The notes beneath the pieces are model-generated. The model searched no databases. It was not told the origin of the DNA and saw nothing but the letters and a program-made list of their open reading frames with translations. A stretch of 20,000 nucleotides of DNA, from IMG/VR virus record IMGVR_UViG_3300024500_000031; one strand, given 5' to 3'. The translations under genes were made by a program, and so were the position numbers. Positions 1 through 9,420 of the stretch are shown in pieces. The number at the start of each line of letters is the position of its first letter. The stretch's first letter is position 1. This stretch comes from an uncultured virus (IMG/VR IMGVR_UViG_3300024500_000031). Its lineage: Duplodnaviria > Heunggongvirae > Uroviricota > Caudoviricetes.

Positions 1-565
1 TTCTGTAAAGGAAAGAAGGAATGTTTACGTCATTATCAATGTACGACCCAGCTGGACGGCCAACGGAATATGGCCTACGCATGAAAGGATATGTATTATT
101 CCAACCAGTTCGTACAGTTAATGAATCATTACCAGTAGCCCATGTTCCTGCAACGGCATCAAGAGCTATACCAAATGCTGTGCCTCTAGTAATGGTAACA
201 GATGTAGTCAAAGTCGCTATCAGCATCTGTCCAGTTGTAACTAGATCAGCATTGAAATCTTGATAAGCTGTACCTGCCGTCCCGCTAAATGTTGCATTTG
301 CCCATACAGGAGGGTTAGCTGGGAAACCATTAGTTGCATCAACATAACACACGCCAAGCCGTAAAGAACCTGCTTGATCTCCGGGCCTACCAGTTTTTCC
401 ACTTATGTAACAGCCAACCTGCGTAATAGTCATATCTTCAGCAGCTTGACAAATCCAACCTTGTACATCACCAGTGCTGTCAAATTCGACAGTTGCTTGT
501 GTTACAAGCCCGTTATTAGGCATTATGACTTTTGGATATAAAAAGTCAATTTCGGTCATTGGCAT
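1..565 (-). CDS. Putative virion structural protein (tail/fibre-like, beta-rich); runs off the window end
   Basis: Not in the ORF track because it has no stop in the window. Read by hand: ATG at 565 directly after the upstream TAA (566-568), SD AAGGTGG at 575-581. Open frame MPMTEIDFLYPKVIMPNNGLVTQATVEFDSTGDVQGWICQAAEDMTITQVGCY... to position 1, rich in Thr/Gly/Ala/aromatics. Confidence 0.7.
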   Translation of the reverse strand, partial: MPMTEIDFLYPKVIMPNNGLVTQATVEFDSTGDVQGWICQAAEDMTITQVGCYISGKTGRPGDQAGSLRLGVCYVDATNGFPANPPVWANATFSGTAGTAYQDFNADLVTTGQMLIATLTTSVTITRGTAFGIALDAVAGTWATGNDSLTVRTGWNNTYPFMRRPYSVGRPAGSYIDNDVNIPSFLYR

Positions 566-847
566 TTAAATACGCCACCTTCGTTTATGCCAGAAAAAAG
601 CCCACGAGAACATATTGGCGACACCAATATTTGTTATAATCTCACTCCATCGTGGATTACTTAATGCCATTGCACTGTACAAACTACCTGCTGCAATAAA
701 ACCTAGTGAGCAACGTATCCACGTTTTAATTACAAATGGCATGTGCTCTATCGGAGATTTAGGATGACGCAATAAAGCAATAAAACCAGATACCGACAAT
801 GCAATAAAACAATTAGATACGCAGTTAATTATTAACTTCGGGTCCAT
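566..847 (-). CDS. Small multi-pass membrane protein (possible holin-associated)
   Basis: About three hydrophobic segments and a basic C-terminus (HKRRWRI). Likely start MDPKLII at 847; the ORF track extends it to 868. Confidence 0.6.
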   Translation of the reverse strand: MDPKLIINCVSNCFIALSVSGFIALLRHPKSPIEHMPFVIKTWIRCSLGFIAAGSLYSAMALSNPRWSEIITNIGVANMFSWAFFWHKRRWRI

Positions 848-1139
848 TAGTTTTATCCTTGCCACCATGAAGATTTAGTTTTGCCGTAACAATTTCAACG
901 CCACGTAAACCTAACGTCCCCATCAAAAACGATAAACCTAACATGTATTTTGGATCTTTGATATGCAAAGGAGCAGCTATAACTGGAGTCAAATATGTTG
1001 CACTAGCAGTTCCACTTATAACTGAAAGAACAAGTGCTCCAAAATTTAGGTGGGATTGTTTGCTTACGCCAACAATACTTCCAAAAAAACCAGCCACAAT
1101 TTGTTGAATATCATCCACGGACAGACCTACTTTATTCAT
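825..1139 (-). CDS. Putative holin (about 3 TM segments)
   Basis: AGFFGSIVGV...SVISGTASATYLTP...LSFLMGTLGLRGVE is a pattern typical of small phage holin-like proteins, with a charged C-tail. GAGGG SD at 1146-1150 supports a start at 1139 (MNKVGL). Confidence 0.6.
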   Translation of the reverse strand: MNKVGLSVDDIQQIVAGFFGSIVGVSKQSHLNFGALVLSVISGTASATYLTPVIAAPLHIKDPKYMLGLSFLMGTLGLRGVEIVTAKLNLHGGKDKTNGPEVNN

Positions 1140-1431
1140 TGACATCCCTCGTTGCTTCACTGACTTTTGCTACTTCTGGTAGTTTCATAGAAAAAACTGG
1201 AAGTGTACTATCCTGTCGCATAAAAAAAGCAATGAGCGCGGTAGTCATTGCCGGAACACCTGCGCGTATACCTTCTATGCTTGCCATCAATAGTGCGCGA
1301 GTAACAGTGCCAAACGAGGCATTGTCCGCAATGTGCTGCGCTTTCCACGCAGCATCAAATTCTGGAGCAGCGCTGGCAGTAAAAGCTCCTAATACAATTA
1401 GAATTAATCTACCCCACGCTATTTTCATCAT
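1132..1431 (-). CDS. Small membrane protein of unknown function
   Basis: N-terminal hydrophobic segment (WGRLILIVLGAFTASAA) and a second one (VPAMTTALIAFF). Start overlaps the stop of the upstream gene. Confidence 0.6.
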   Translation of the reverse strand: MMKIAWGRLILIVLGAFTASAAPEFDAAWKAQHIADNASFGTVTRALLMASIEGIRAGVPAMTTALIAFFMRQDSTLPVFSMKLPEVAKVSEATRDVNE

Positions 1432-2126
1432 TTACCACCAGCACTCATTACGGGTGGAACACTAAATATTCCATTAGGAGCTTTGTATGACGCATCGAGT
1501 CGCATCCACAACTGCATGCGCACTTGATCATACCAATCACCCCAGAATGCACGGCCGACAATTGATGGGTCATCATAATTCTTGAGTGCTATTTTACGCG
1601 CTGCATATGCTGGTAATGCTTGCATCAATAAATCATCACTAATAAAACTGAACGTACCGGATCCTTCAGTTATTGCCGTAGGTAGTCCAGCTCCTCTAGC
1701 AATAAATGTAGTGTTTGTTGATGGCACAGGATAAAAGCCAATGTTGTTATAGCCAGCCTCGTACCAATGCGTGGGCGTACCAGCTGTTGCTGTGTACCCT
1801 AAATCATATGACCGTAGTTCATTTTCACCACAATGTAATATTGGAGTTGATCCACCGTTTACGTGCACTGTTAGCGGAAATGCTAATGCGGATGCTCCAA
1901 AATCGTAAGTACGACCAGTATGGGTAGAGACACTTAATGTAGTAGGTAAATATACGCACGTGCGACATAAGTCAAACGCAGCATCGTTTAAATATTGAAG
2001 AATACCAGCGTTATTTGTAGCAGTAACTCCACCGACACCATCTGGGATTTCAGCTACAACAGTATCGGCTGTCTCGTTTAATAATCGTATAACTTCGTTT
2101 TTTAAATCAGTAAAGCCTTTAGCCAT
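1428..2126 (-). CDS. Head-tail adaptor/connector-like protein (paralogue 2)
   Basis: FTDLKNEVIRLLNE...ILQYLNDAAFDLCR...GTPTHWY...IGFYPVPS...ALPAYAA layout typical of podovirus adaptor proteins; located after the capsid genes. Confidence 0.65.
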   Translation of the reverse strand: MAKGFTDLKNEVIRLLNETADTVVAEIPDGVGGVTATNNAGILQYLNDAAFDLCRTCVYLPTTLSVSTHTGRTYDFGASALAFPLTVHVNGGSTPILHCGENELRSYDLGYTATAGTPTHWYEAGYNNIGFYPVPSTNTTFIARGAGLPTAITEGSGTFSFISDDLLMQALPAYAARKIALKNYDDPSIVGRAFWGDWYDQVRMQLWMRLDASYKAPNGIFSVPPVMSAGGK

Positions 2127-2773
2127 TATTTTGCTCTCCGGCCATATGTACTGGCATAATTGTCAACCATAGAAAGCCTATCTATGTATTCATTTTTAAA
2201 AATCTGATAGCCATTCATATCGCCCATTTGCATAGAACGAGCTTGCAATACTGCATATACTAGGCAGTCATGCGCAACTTCGGGCAATGGACATTCTGTT
2301 GCGTCCGTATTTGGTAAAGCATTACCAGCACTGTCATAAGCCCAGTTATCACCGGGTTGCGCATAACCCTCCAGAAGCAAGCCATTGTTAATAGTTGCAT
2401 TGGTTGCTGGGTAAACAGAGATATTATTCATTCCGCGCAACACAACTATCTCTGGTCTTTGATCATCTGGCTGATTGCGCCAATAATCTATGTATTGATC
2501 TTGATAATCAAACACGCGCACTTTTTGATATTCATTATTTGTGTCCAAAATTTTAATTACCTTAATTCGATAAATATCTGGAGCACAATAATCTTTTACG
2601 CTGACCGTTAAGTCTAAAAACCGACGACCAACCAGACAGTCGGTTTGCCGAGCTATCTGATTGGCCTGTTCAATAATTAAATAATCTAGGCCAAATGGAT
2701 CACGATCTGCGTCCGTGCCAAAGTAATTTCTACCGAGCATTCGCACATTACGTTTAATTTGACCTAGATTCAT
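2126..2773 (-). CDS. Head-tail adaptor/connector-like protein (paralogue 1)
   Basis: MNLGQIKRNVR...LIIEQANQIARQTDCL...ISVYPA...LPEVAHDCLVYAVL has the same layout as the neighbouring gene; located right after the cement protein. Confidence 0.65.
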   Translation of the reverse strand: MNLGQIKRNVRMLGRNYFGTDADRDPFGLDYLIIEQANQIARQTDCLVGRRFLDLTVSVKDYCAPDIYRIKVIKILDTNNEYQKVRVFDYQDQYIDYWRNQPDDQRPEIVVLRGMNNISVYPATNATINNGLLLEGYAQPGDNWAYDSAGNALPNTDATECPLPEVAHDCLVYAVLQARSMQMGDMNGYQIFKNEYIDRLSMVDNYASTYGRRAK

Positions 2774-2775
2774 AA

Positions 2776-3327
2776 TTAGAGGTTACCCTCACGTCCATTC
2801 TGGATGTGCATCTGGGTTACGTTGACCTGTGCTGGGTTGCGTCCTTGCGAGCTAATAAATCTTAACCTCAAGAACTTTGCATATGACTGCAATGGCAACA
2901 CCAACTGATCAGCACCAGTTGCTGCAGCTGCCGTATACACAGCAGATGACAACAGCGTCGAAGCAGCTGGGGTAAACCCACTAGTATCAGAACCGTGCAA
3001 CTCAACAGTCACTGTGTCAGCAGCAGTTACACCTGTATGGTTAAATGCAACCTTGACATACAGCGGGTTAATAATCTGACCACGGACATAATCAGCCGCA
3101 GTAACTGATCCGTCTTGGTTGGCATCCATAACCGCGCCAGATACGCCATTTGTTACAAGCCCACCATAGTTAAGTTCTACGGATGTGGCTGCAACGTTAG
3201 CGCCACTAGTTGTTGCGTTCATAATTAACGAAACAACACCATTAACTGACCCCGGTGAGTTTACAAGATAGGCAGATGCTGTAGCACTCTGTGCTGCAAT
3301 GCTAAATGTAAGTTTTGCGTCTCTCAC
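2776..3327 (-). CDS. Capsid cement/decoration protein (BPP-1 Bbp16-like)
   Basis: GTG start at 3327 with SD AAGGAG spanning the MCP stop. MRDAKLTFS...PLYVKVAF...VTVELHGSDTSGF...KFLRLRF resembles the Bbp16-type jelly-roll cement protein. Immediately downstream of the MCP. The ORF-track start at 3390 overlaps the MCP and is probably wrong. Confidence 0.65.
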   Translation of the reverse strand: MRDAKLTFSIAAQSATASAYLVNSPGSVNGVVSLIMNATTSGANVAATSVELNYGGLVTNGVSGAVMDANQDGSVTAADYVRGQIINPLYVKVAFNHTGVTAADTVTVELHGSDTSGFTPAASTLLSSAVYTAAAATGADQLVLPLQSYAKFLRLRFISSQGRNPAQVNVTQMHIQNGREGNL

Positions 3328-3338
3328 GTTAATTCTCC

Positions 3339-4352
3339 TTAGTTGGTCGCAATGCGTAAACGAGCAATTGACCGTGTATTTGGCATCCAAAGACCCATGC
3401 CCCAGTCAAACAGTACGTTATGCATAATGCCGTTTTCCTTAGACTTTCCTAAGTACTCTGGCTTAAATGGACCAGACTGCCAACCCTGAACATAGCCAGT
3501 GCCATAGCGTACAGCATAGATGTCTGCAAAGTTAGATGGAGCAGATATAACAGGTGTAGTACCGTCTAACTTACGTCCAACTGTGCGAATCTTGGCACCC
3601 TTATAGCTGTCTACTGATCGATCAAATGCATCGTTATCGGTGTTAAAACCAGTACCAGCGCCTAGTAAACGAATGACAGATTCAAAGCGACGCTTTGTGT
3701 CTTCATTCATATATAGGACAATGCCGTTGCCATCTGGTGCATTTAAGTTGTCAAACAACTCCTGCATTGCAGATAAAGCACCGTTAGCCTCAACAGCTAA
3801 GAAGGTACTAGACGTGTCCAGTGATGCCGATGTCGATGCAGGTGCAATCAAACAGTCGGATGGAATGTCATAATCTGCACGGTTTTCTAAACGGAATTTA
3901 AGACCGGGGAAACAATCCGGACTGTTACCAGCAGCAGAAGACGTTGGGTCGTTATTAATGAACTTATCATTAAAGTCGTATGCAAAACCCTCCATGAAGA
4001 TCTTGATCTGAGCTTCTACAGGATCAATGATATTGTTTGGCTGGTCAAGCAAACGGCAGTCAACCGTAATCTTATTGCGGATTAAATACATCTGCTCTTC
4101 GTACGACTTTGGTTTACCTTTAACTGCGTTTGGCTCACCATTGATAGATGACCAAGTTGGAGTTGGGATAGTACCAGCCTCGTTCGTATAGCGTACACCA
4201 ACCTGTCGTAAAGAAGGCGATGTGTAGAATGGAATGTCCTTGATAGCGTTCCATGTCTGGTGCAACGACATAGTGATTTCTTTTACAAGAGGATCATTAG
4301 AAAGGACAGCTTGATCTGCGAGTGTAAGTGCACCGTTAAAATCGATAGCCAT
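3339..4352 (-). CDS. Major capsid protein (HK97 fold, epsilon15 gp7/BPP-1-like)
   Basis: 337 aa. N-terminal LTLADQAVLSNDPL...IKDIPF, FPGLKFRL, IYAVRYG and C-terminal SIARL. Follows portal and scaffold; SD GGAG. Confidence 0.85.
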   Translation of the reverse strand: MAIDFNGALTLADQAVLSNDPLVKEITMSLHQTWNAIKDIPFYTSPSLRQVGVRYTNEAGTIPTPTWSSINGEPNAVKGKPKSYEEQMYLIRNKITVDCRLLDQPNNIIDPVEAQIKIFMEGFAYDFNDKFINNDPTSSAAGNSPDCFPGLKFRLENRADYDIPSDCLIAPASTSASLDTSSTFLAVEANGALSAMQELFDNLNAPDGNGIVLYMNEDTKRRFESVIRLLGAGTGFNTDNDAFDRSVDSYKGAKIRTVGRKLDGTTPVISAPSNFADIYAVRYGTGYVQGWQSGPFKPEYLGKSKENGIMHNVLFDWGMGLWMPNTRSIARLRIATN

Positions 4353-4361
4353 TGGTTACTC

Positions 4362-5222
4362 CTACCGAATGCCTAGTAATCTACTAAGACCTGACATACG
4401 GTTTTGCGTTGATGTTGATTGCGGTGGAACCATTGCTTGCGCAGAGTCACCACCACCAATAGGTGTCGGCGTTGTCTGTTGATTTGTCACCATATCCACT
4501 AATTGCGGTACGAGTGATTCAACTAAACCCGTCACTTGACGATGTACGGCTGCTGCTGCATCCATTGGATTCATGCCTTGTTGTATAAGGCTATCCATCA
4601 CGTCTTGTGCGCGACTTGCATATGGAAATTGCTGCAACGCCTGTTCACGTTGTTGGGCCACCATATAGGAGTTCATTTGACCTACAACTTGGTCATATCT
4701 AAACTTCTGTATTTCAGCCTCGGCTTGTACGCGAGCAAGTTCCGGATCCATGTAGTTGCTTGCAACTTCATGTTGCCACCGCTCGCGTATTTGATCTTCT
4801 TGGCTTTGCATCTGCTGTTGTTCATAAGCTTTTTGAACATCAGCTGCTGATTGAAAACCAGATTCCTCAAACTGCCGAATCACATCAGCCCACTTTGAGT
4901 ACGCTTCCTGCGCAGCTCGGAGCTGTTTGGCTTCATCGTTAACTTCTTTGAAGCGCTCATATGGCACATTCCCCGGTTGTTTATCCGGTAATGCACTGTC
5001 CAGTAAATGTTTCTTTACTCGTTCTTGTATAGAACTCTGATCAAAAACACCATCTGTTTGCACTTGTGATGCGGTATTGCTATCAGTGGAGTTATTTAAC
5101 GCCATGTCTCCACTTTCGCTAGGTCCGGCGGACTCCCTAACGAAATCAATTAACGCACCACCAACATTGCCCGTTGCCGCTGCTGGCGAATCAGCGGTTC
5201 GTGTCACCATCTCTTCGGACAT
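4362..5222 (-). CDS. Capsid scaffolding protein
   Basis: Lies between portal and MCP. Acidic disordered N-terminus, VPYERFKEVN motif common in phage scaffolds, and Q/E-rich coiled coil. Confidence 0.75.
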   Translation of the reverse strand: MSEEMVTRTADSPAAATGNVGGALIDFVRESAGPSESGDMALNNSTDSNTASQVQTDGVFDQSSIQERVKKHLLDSALPDKQPGNVPYERFKEVNDEAKQLRAAQEAYSKWADVIRQFEESGFQSAADVQKAYEQQQMQSQEDQIRERWQHEVASNYMDPELARVQAEAEIQKFRYDQVVGQMNSYMVAQQREQALQQFPYASRAQDVMDSLIQQGMNPMDAAAAVHRQVTGLVESLVPQLVDMVTNQQTTPTPIGGGDSAQAMVPPQSTSTQNRMSGLSRLLGIR

Positions 5223-5243
5223 CTATATCATACCTTTACTTTT

Positions 5244-7523
5244 TTAAAACATGCCACCCATTTGAGGTGGTTGTTGCACACCCGATTGTGGCAACATTTG
5301 CTGGGGCTGCGATTGTGCCTGTTGTGGCATTGACGGCATTGCTCCCAAATCGTTTGACGGCAGTAACTGTTCTTTACCTATTTCCGTCATTGCGTAATCT
5401 TCATTTTGTTGTGCGTCTATTCCAGCCTTAGCAGCAGCCAATGAAATATCTGCCTCTAATTTTGCCTGAATAATCGCTTGTTGTTTCTGCACTTCTAACT
5501 GCATCTTCATCTGTTCGACTTCAGGATTAAATTGCTCCTGTTTAGCCTGAGCCTCAATCATGGCTTGTTGTTGCATCATGGCAGCTTGTTGCTGTTGCAT
5601 CTGTGCCATCTTTTCTGCCTGTTGATCTAAATGTTGATATATGCGAGATGCATGTGGAATATTAGCCAGCTCAATAAATAGGCGGTTAGTTTCCGGATCC
5701 ATTGGATCACCAAATACGCCCATCTGTCGTAATGCTGCCAATTTCTGTAACTTTTGATCAGGACTATCTTCCATTGACGAACCCGGAATGTAAACAATCC
5801 GGTATTGCCCACCAGCTCGCAATGCATCAAATCGCATAACGCCTTGACGTATTTGATCCTGTGGGAGCATCTTCCCCTGAATGTTTCCTACAAAAGGAAC
5901 AATGGCAAACTGTTCGATTAGTGAGACTTCCCACTCTTTAATTTTTGATGCACTAATTTCGATGTCAGCTCGAATAAACGAATGTTGTGTGTTGTCCGAG
6001 CGTTGCAACAATCTTACAGATTCTGCTGGTGTACCAGCACTCGCCTGCCCTTGACTTACGTCATGCAACCCTGCAACATCCATCATGTCTTTTTCTAACA
6101 TTTGCAACAAAGGAAATAGATCTGATCCAATTCCGGGTGCGCGTTGTATTGCGGGTGGATGACTACCGCGTTTGTAATTAATGCGACGATAAACACGGTT
6201 TTTATCATCTACGCTATCGCCAGTATTGTCGTATGCGTCAGCTCCTACGCCACTTAAATTTTCAACCAAGATGTAGTCTTTTTGATTTTCAAACTGCTCA
6301 ATAAGACGCGAATACACACGGTTGTATGTTAGTTGGAGAGAACATAAATCCCAACCTAAACTATATCCATAAGGCGTACCGCTGCGTGGTTGCCAACGTA
6401 ATGGAATAAAGGGGAATGAATCCTTCTTTTTATATGGCCATGGGCCAGCATATAGCAAACAACTATTTGTGCTAACGATATACCTACCAGATGGATACAG
6501 CGCTGTTGGTTTTTCCCAATACTCGTAAACAATCGCAGCTTGCTTTTTTGTGTCAGTGTTACCTAAATTACTTGGAGATGGCGGAACCCAGCCACGACCA
6601 TTACCATTAGTTCCATCTAAATATGTCTCTACATATCCAGCATTTGTGCCAGTTTGTCCATCAGGTTTAACCAATTTGCCTTGTTCACCATACTTGTCAA
6701 TGAACCATGATAGTGGCTTAACCATTGCGTGGATCATCCACCGCAGATCTGCATCTCGTTTTGCAGTAGGGTCGAAATACACATCAAACGCTGGCAAAAT
6801 TTGCTCAACAATATCGCCTACACGCATTGACGTGTGACCTATGACTTCTGATGCAGTAGCATCCATTTGCGGAACAATCTGCTCTAAGCTTGCGTCCCAA
6901 AAGATTTTTAAAAATGACGTACCGCAGACACATGCCCAGCGAACGCGTTCTTTTGTCTGTGTCTCTCTGTCAAACTTGCGATTGTAGTGATTGACAATAT
7001 AGTTCGCCTCATCGGAAGCCATTAGATCAACTGGGTTGTTACTAATAGGCACAGCGCTTGAATCAGGCGCACATTGCGTTAATTTACCAACTACGCCATC
7101 AATCAGCGGTCGCATCTTATTAACAGTCATATATCTGTTTGGCTCGTCCTCGTTTTGTAAACTTTCTAGATTACGCGCCTGACTATTAATCCTAAACCAC
7201 TGCCGTCCTTCAAAAAAGGCAGTAGCCATTACCCACTCTAATTCCATTTCCTGTCGTGCGCGATACGCTAAATCAAACTGTTGTTTGACAAACGTCATAA
7301 CTCGCTTTGCTTCGTCTGGTTGATCTTTTGGGACGACTTTCCATTCTTTGGCAGTTAAATCAATATTTAAATTCTCTTTATTATCTTTTGCTCCATTTAG
7401 TAACTCAAAGCTACCCGGTGCTCCCACGTCACTTGGCTTGGAAAATGCTGACACTTTCGGCTGCTGCCCCATAACACTTTTAGTCAAAGCGCTACGCATT
7501 AAGTTACTAATATCAATGGACAT
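5244..7523 (-). CDS. Portal protein (P22-like, long Q-rich C-terminal barrel)
   Basis: FFEGRQW...TVNKMRPLIDGVVGK...CGTSFLKIFWD...FDVYFDP...FPFIPL...DVAGLHDVSQG and a Gln/Met-rich coiled-coil C-terminus. Follows the terminase. SD AAGGTGG (7532-7538) supports ATG 7523 over GTG 7535. Confidence 0.88.
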   Translation of the reverse strand: MSIDISNLMRSALTKSVMGQQPKVSAFSKPSDVGAPGSFELLNGAKDNKENLNIDLTAKEWKVVPKDQPDEAKRVMTFVKQQFDLAYRARQEMELEWVMATAFFEGRQWFRINSQARNLESLQNEDEPNRYMTVNKMRPLIDGVVGKLTQCAPDSSAVPISNNPVDLMASDEANYIVNHYNRKFDRETQTKERVRWACVCGTSFLKIFWDASLEQIVPQMDATASEVIGHTSMRVGDIVEQILPAFDVYFDPTAKRDADLRWMIHAMVKPLSWFIDKYGEQGKLVKPDGQTGTNAGYVETYLDGTNGNGRGWVPPSPSNLGNTDTKKQAAIVYEYWEKPTALYPSGRYIVSTNSCLLYAGPWPYKKKDSFPFIPLRWQPRSGTPYGYSLGWDLCSLQLTYNRVYSRLIEQFENQKDYILVENLSGVGADAYDNTGDSVDDKNRVYRRINYKRGSHPPAIQRAPGIGSDLFPLLQMLEKDMMDVAGLHDVSQGQASAGTPAESVRLLQRSDNTQHSFIRADIEISASKIKEWEVSLIEQFAIVPFVGNIQGKMLPQDQIRQGVMRFDALRAGGQYRIVYIPGSSMEDSPDQKLQKLAALRQMGVFGDPMDPETNRLFIELANIPHASRIYQHLDQQAEKMAQMQQQQAAMMQQQAMIEAQAKQEQFNPEVEQMKMQLEVQKQQAIIQAKLEADISLAAAKAGIDAQQNEDYAMTEIGKEQLLPSNDLGAMPSMPQQAQSQPQQMLPQSGVQQPPQMGGMF

Positions 7524-7525
7524 GT

Positions 7526-7678
7526 CTAAATCCACCTTTCATTTGAAATAACACGTTGTACAAGCAGGCGCTCTTCTTTAATTTGCCGTAAATGATTGAC
7601 AAGCCCATACATCAACAATGTTTGCAATGCAACACAAATGGTAATGATTACAGCACAAATGCAAAGAAACACACTCAT
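7526..7678 (-). CDS. 50-aa single-pass membrane protein
   Basis: Read by hand: MSVFLCICAVIITICVALQTLLMYGLVNHLRQIKEERLLVQRVISNERWI*. ATGA overlap with the terL stop; fills the terL-portal gap exactly. Confidence 0.7.
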   Translation of the reverse strand: MSVFLCICAVIITICVALQTLLMYGLVNHLRQIKEERLLVQRVISNERWI

Positions 7679-9420
7679 AGCCAACGTTTTTCATCCTTCT
7701 TTTTAAGCCAAGACGGAACGTATCTTTCGTTCATAGGAATTTTATCTTCTAACTCCGGACATTTAACTGGGTATTCTCGCCACATTACACCGTAACGAAA
7801 ACTATCAATTGCGTGATCATTTTTAGTGCCACTGTCAATATCTTCTGGATCACGTGGATGAGACATAGTAACAGAGAGTTGCTTAATTAAATTAGGACAT
7901 GCACCACGAACAATCTGTAATTTTGGTTTTGGTACACCATTGACTACATCGGTTGCACTAATCCATTCTTTTACTCTTCTCCAACCAGCCTTCCTGTCCT
8001 TTACCGCTCGTACAGCGGGAAGACCTCTTTCCCACCACACTTCAACTGGATACTCACCAATTCTTTCCTCTGTTTTCATTGGAGGAAATGTGTTTGCCCA
8101 GTCAAAAGCAATAGCCTCTAACTTTGTGTTCCATAGCCCGTCGCGGACTTTTGTATTAACAGGAGAAGCCAACTGTCTCTGTTCTAGCAACTCAAGACAT
8201 TTTTCAGCTTGTTTACTACTTACAAGTCCGGCCTCGTACATTTCTCCAATGACATATATGTTTTCGCGATCGTCACTGGCATACAGTAAAAAACACGCAG
8301 GAGCACCAGTACCAAAGTCGTGACTAGCCCACATGCGCCACCACGGTTGAACATCGACATGATCAACAACATGCCATGGCTTACCATCTGGGGAATATTC
8401 TCTAAACTCAGGAAAAAATAATCCACCTACGCCGACCTCGTGTTGACACTCACGTAAGAATGACAGCAATCCATAAGTGTCTATTTCGTGTTGGCAAACT
8501 TCCAACGTCTTATGTTGCCAAGTAGGTTTTCCATTTGTTATACGGTAACCCATGCGTCCATCATCGCGCTCATATGTCGTATATTCAAGATCCTCTATGG
8601 CTGGAACTATTGGTGACTGTATTCTGTCTTGCAACATATCTAAATCACCACTGAGAACTTGCGACATCACTGAATTGGCATGAATGCGGTTTTGGACAAA
8701 TACGACTGCACAATCTGTACTTTTTGCTGGAAGAATAGTTTGAGTAATGGTGCGTATTTTTTTATCAACACCATTTACAGAGTCATCGAGTTCATCAATG
8801 TCGTCCAAAATTATCATGTCTGGTCTGAGGTGATCTAATTTAACACCACGAGCACCAGTGTCTAATCCAAATGCTAATACATTAAAGCCATTAGCCGTAC
8901 GCAACTTGGATGCACTCCAACCCTTTGAAAACCCGTATTTATTAACAGCACGTTCAATACCGCAACGCTCCATTGCTGTAGCAATATCCTGCACGTGCCT
9001 ATCTGCCATGTCTTGCGTAGCACATACATATACAGCAAAACGTCGCGTAGCCTTAACTGCTAGACGACTAACAATCAATTCCATGGTTGTAGATTTACCA
9101 CCACCACGGAACCAACACTCAATCAACGCTGGGCAAAACTTACCGGGAGTAATATCCTCGGCCCATTGCCATGCTCTGTGGTGATGCTGTGCCAGTGTTG
9201 ATGAAGCAGCATGAGGAGCATATATGCGCAACCATTCTTCGTAATTTAATTCATGTCCGGGCAGGGCACTAGCCATACCGCTATCATAATCACCTAGCTC
9301 AATAGCCGAGCCTAATTCATCTTGCAACGCCTCTAGCAAAGCAACCGTTAAAGGTTTTGTTGGTCGTACAAATTTCTTAAATGCTCGCGGCGTTGAACGT
9401 GTCGTTACTTGATTCTTCAT
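7675..9420 (-). CDS. terL: Terminase large subunit
   Basis: Walker A FRGGGKST, GVK...RPDMIILDDID (Walker B), RNase H-like nuclease motifs SHDFG and NDHAIDSFRY; adjacent to the portal. Confidence 0.92.
   Translation of the reverse strand: MKNQVTTRSTPRAFKKFVRPTKPLTVALLEALQDELGSAIELGDYDSGMASALPGHELNYEEWLRIYAPHAASSTLAQHHHRAWQWAEDITPGKFCPALIECWFRGGGKSTTMELIVSRLAVKATRRFAVYVCATQDMADRHVQDIATAMERCGIERAVNKYGFSKGWSASKLRTANGFNVLAFGLDTGARGVKLDHLRPDMIILDDIDELDDSVNGVDKKIRTITQTILPAKSTDCAVVFVQNRIHANSVMSQVLSGDLDMLQDRIQSPIVPAIEDLEYTTYERDDGRMGYRITNGKPTWQHKTLEVCQHEIDTYGLLSFLRECQHEVGVGGLFFPEFREYSPDGKPWHVVDHVDVQPWWRMWASHDFGTGAPACFLLYASDDRENIYVIGEMYEAGLVSSKQAEKCLELLEQRQLASPVNTKVRDGLWNTKLEAIAFDWANTFPPMKTEERIGEYPVEVWWERGLPAVRAVKDRKAGWRRVKEWISATDVVNGVPKPKLQIVRGACPNLIKQLSVTMSHPRDPEDIDSGTKNDHAIDSFRYGVMWREYPVKCPELEDKIPMNERYVPSWLKKKDEKRWL

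Noticed and set aside
5244..5630. CAA/CAG-rich repetitive DNA at the portal 3' end
   Set aside because: It encodes the Gln-rich coiled-coil/low-complexity tail usual for P22-like portals; it is not a tandem repeat or CRISPR array.
575..7686. Similar C-termini KRRWRI, NERWI and EKRWL in three genes
   Set aside because: Short, and in two of the three cases explained by an AGGTGG Shine-Dalgarno for the next gene being read as Arg-Trp. Not evidence of a second tag.
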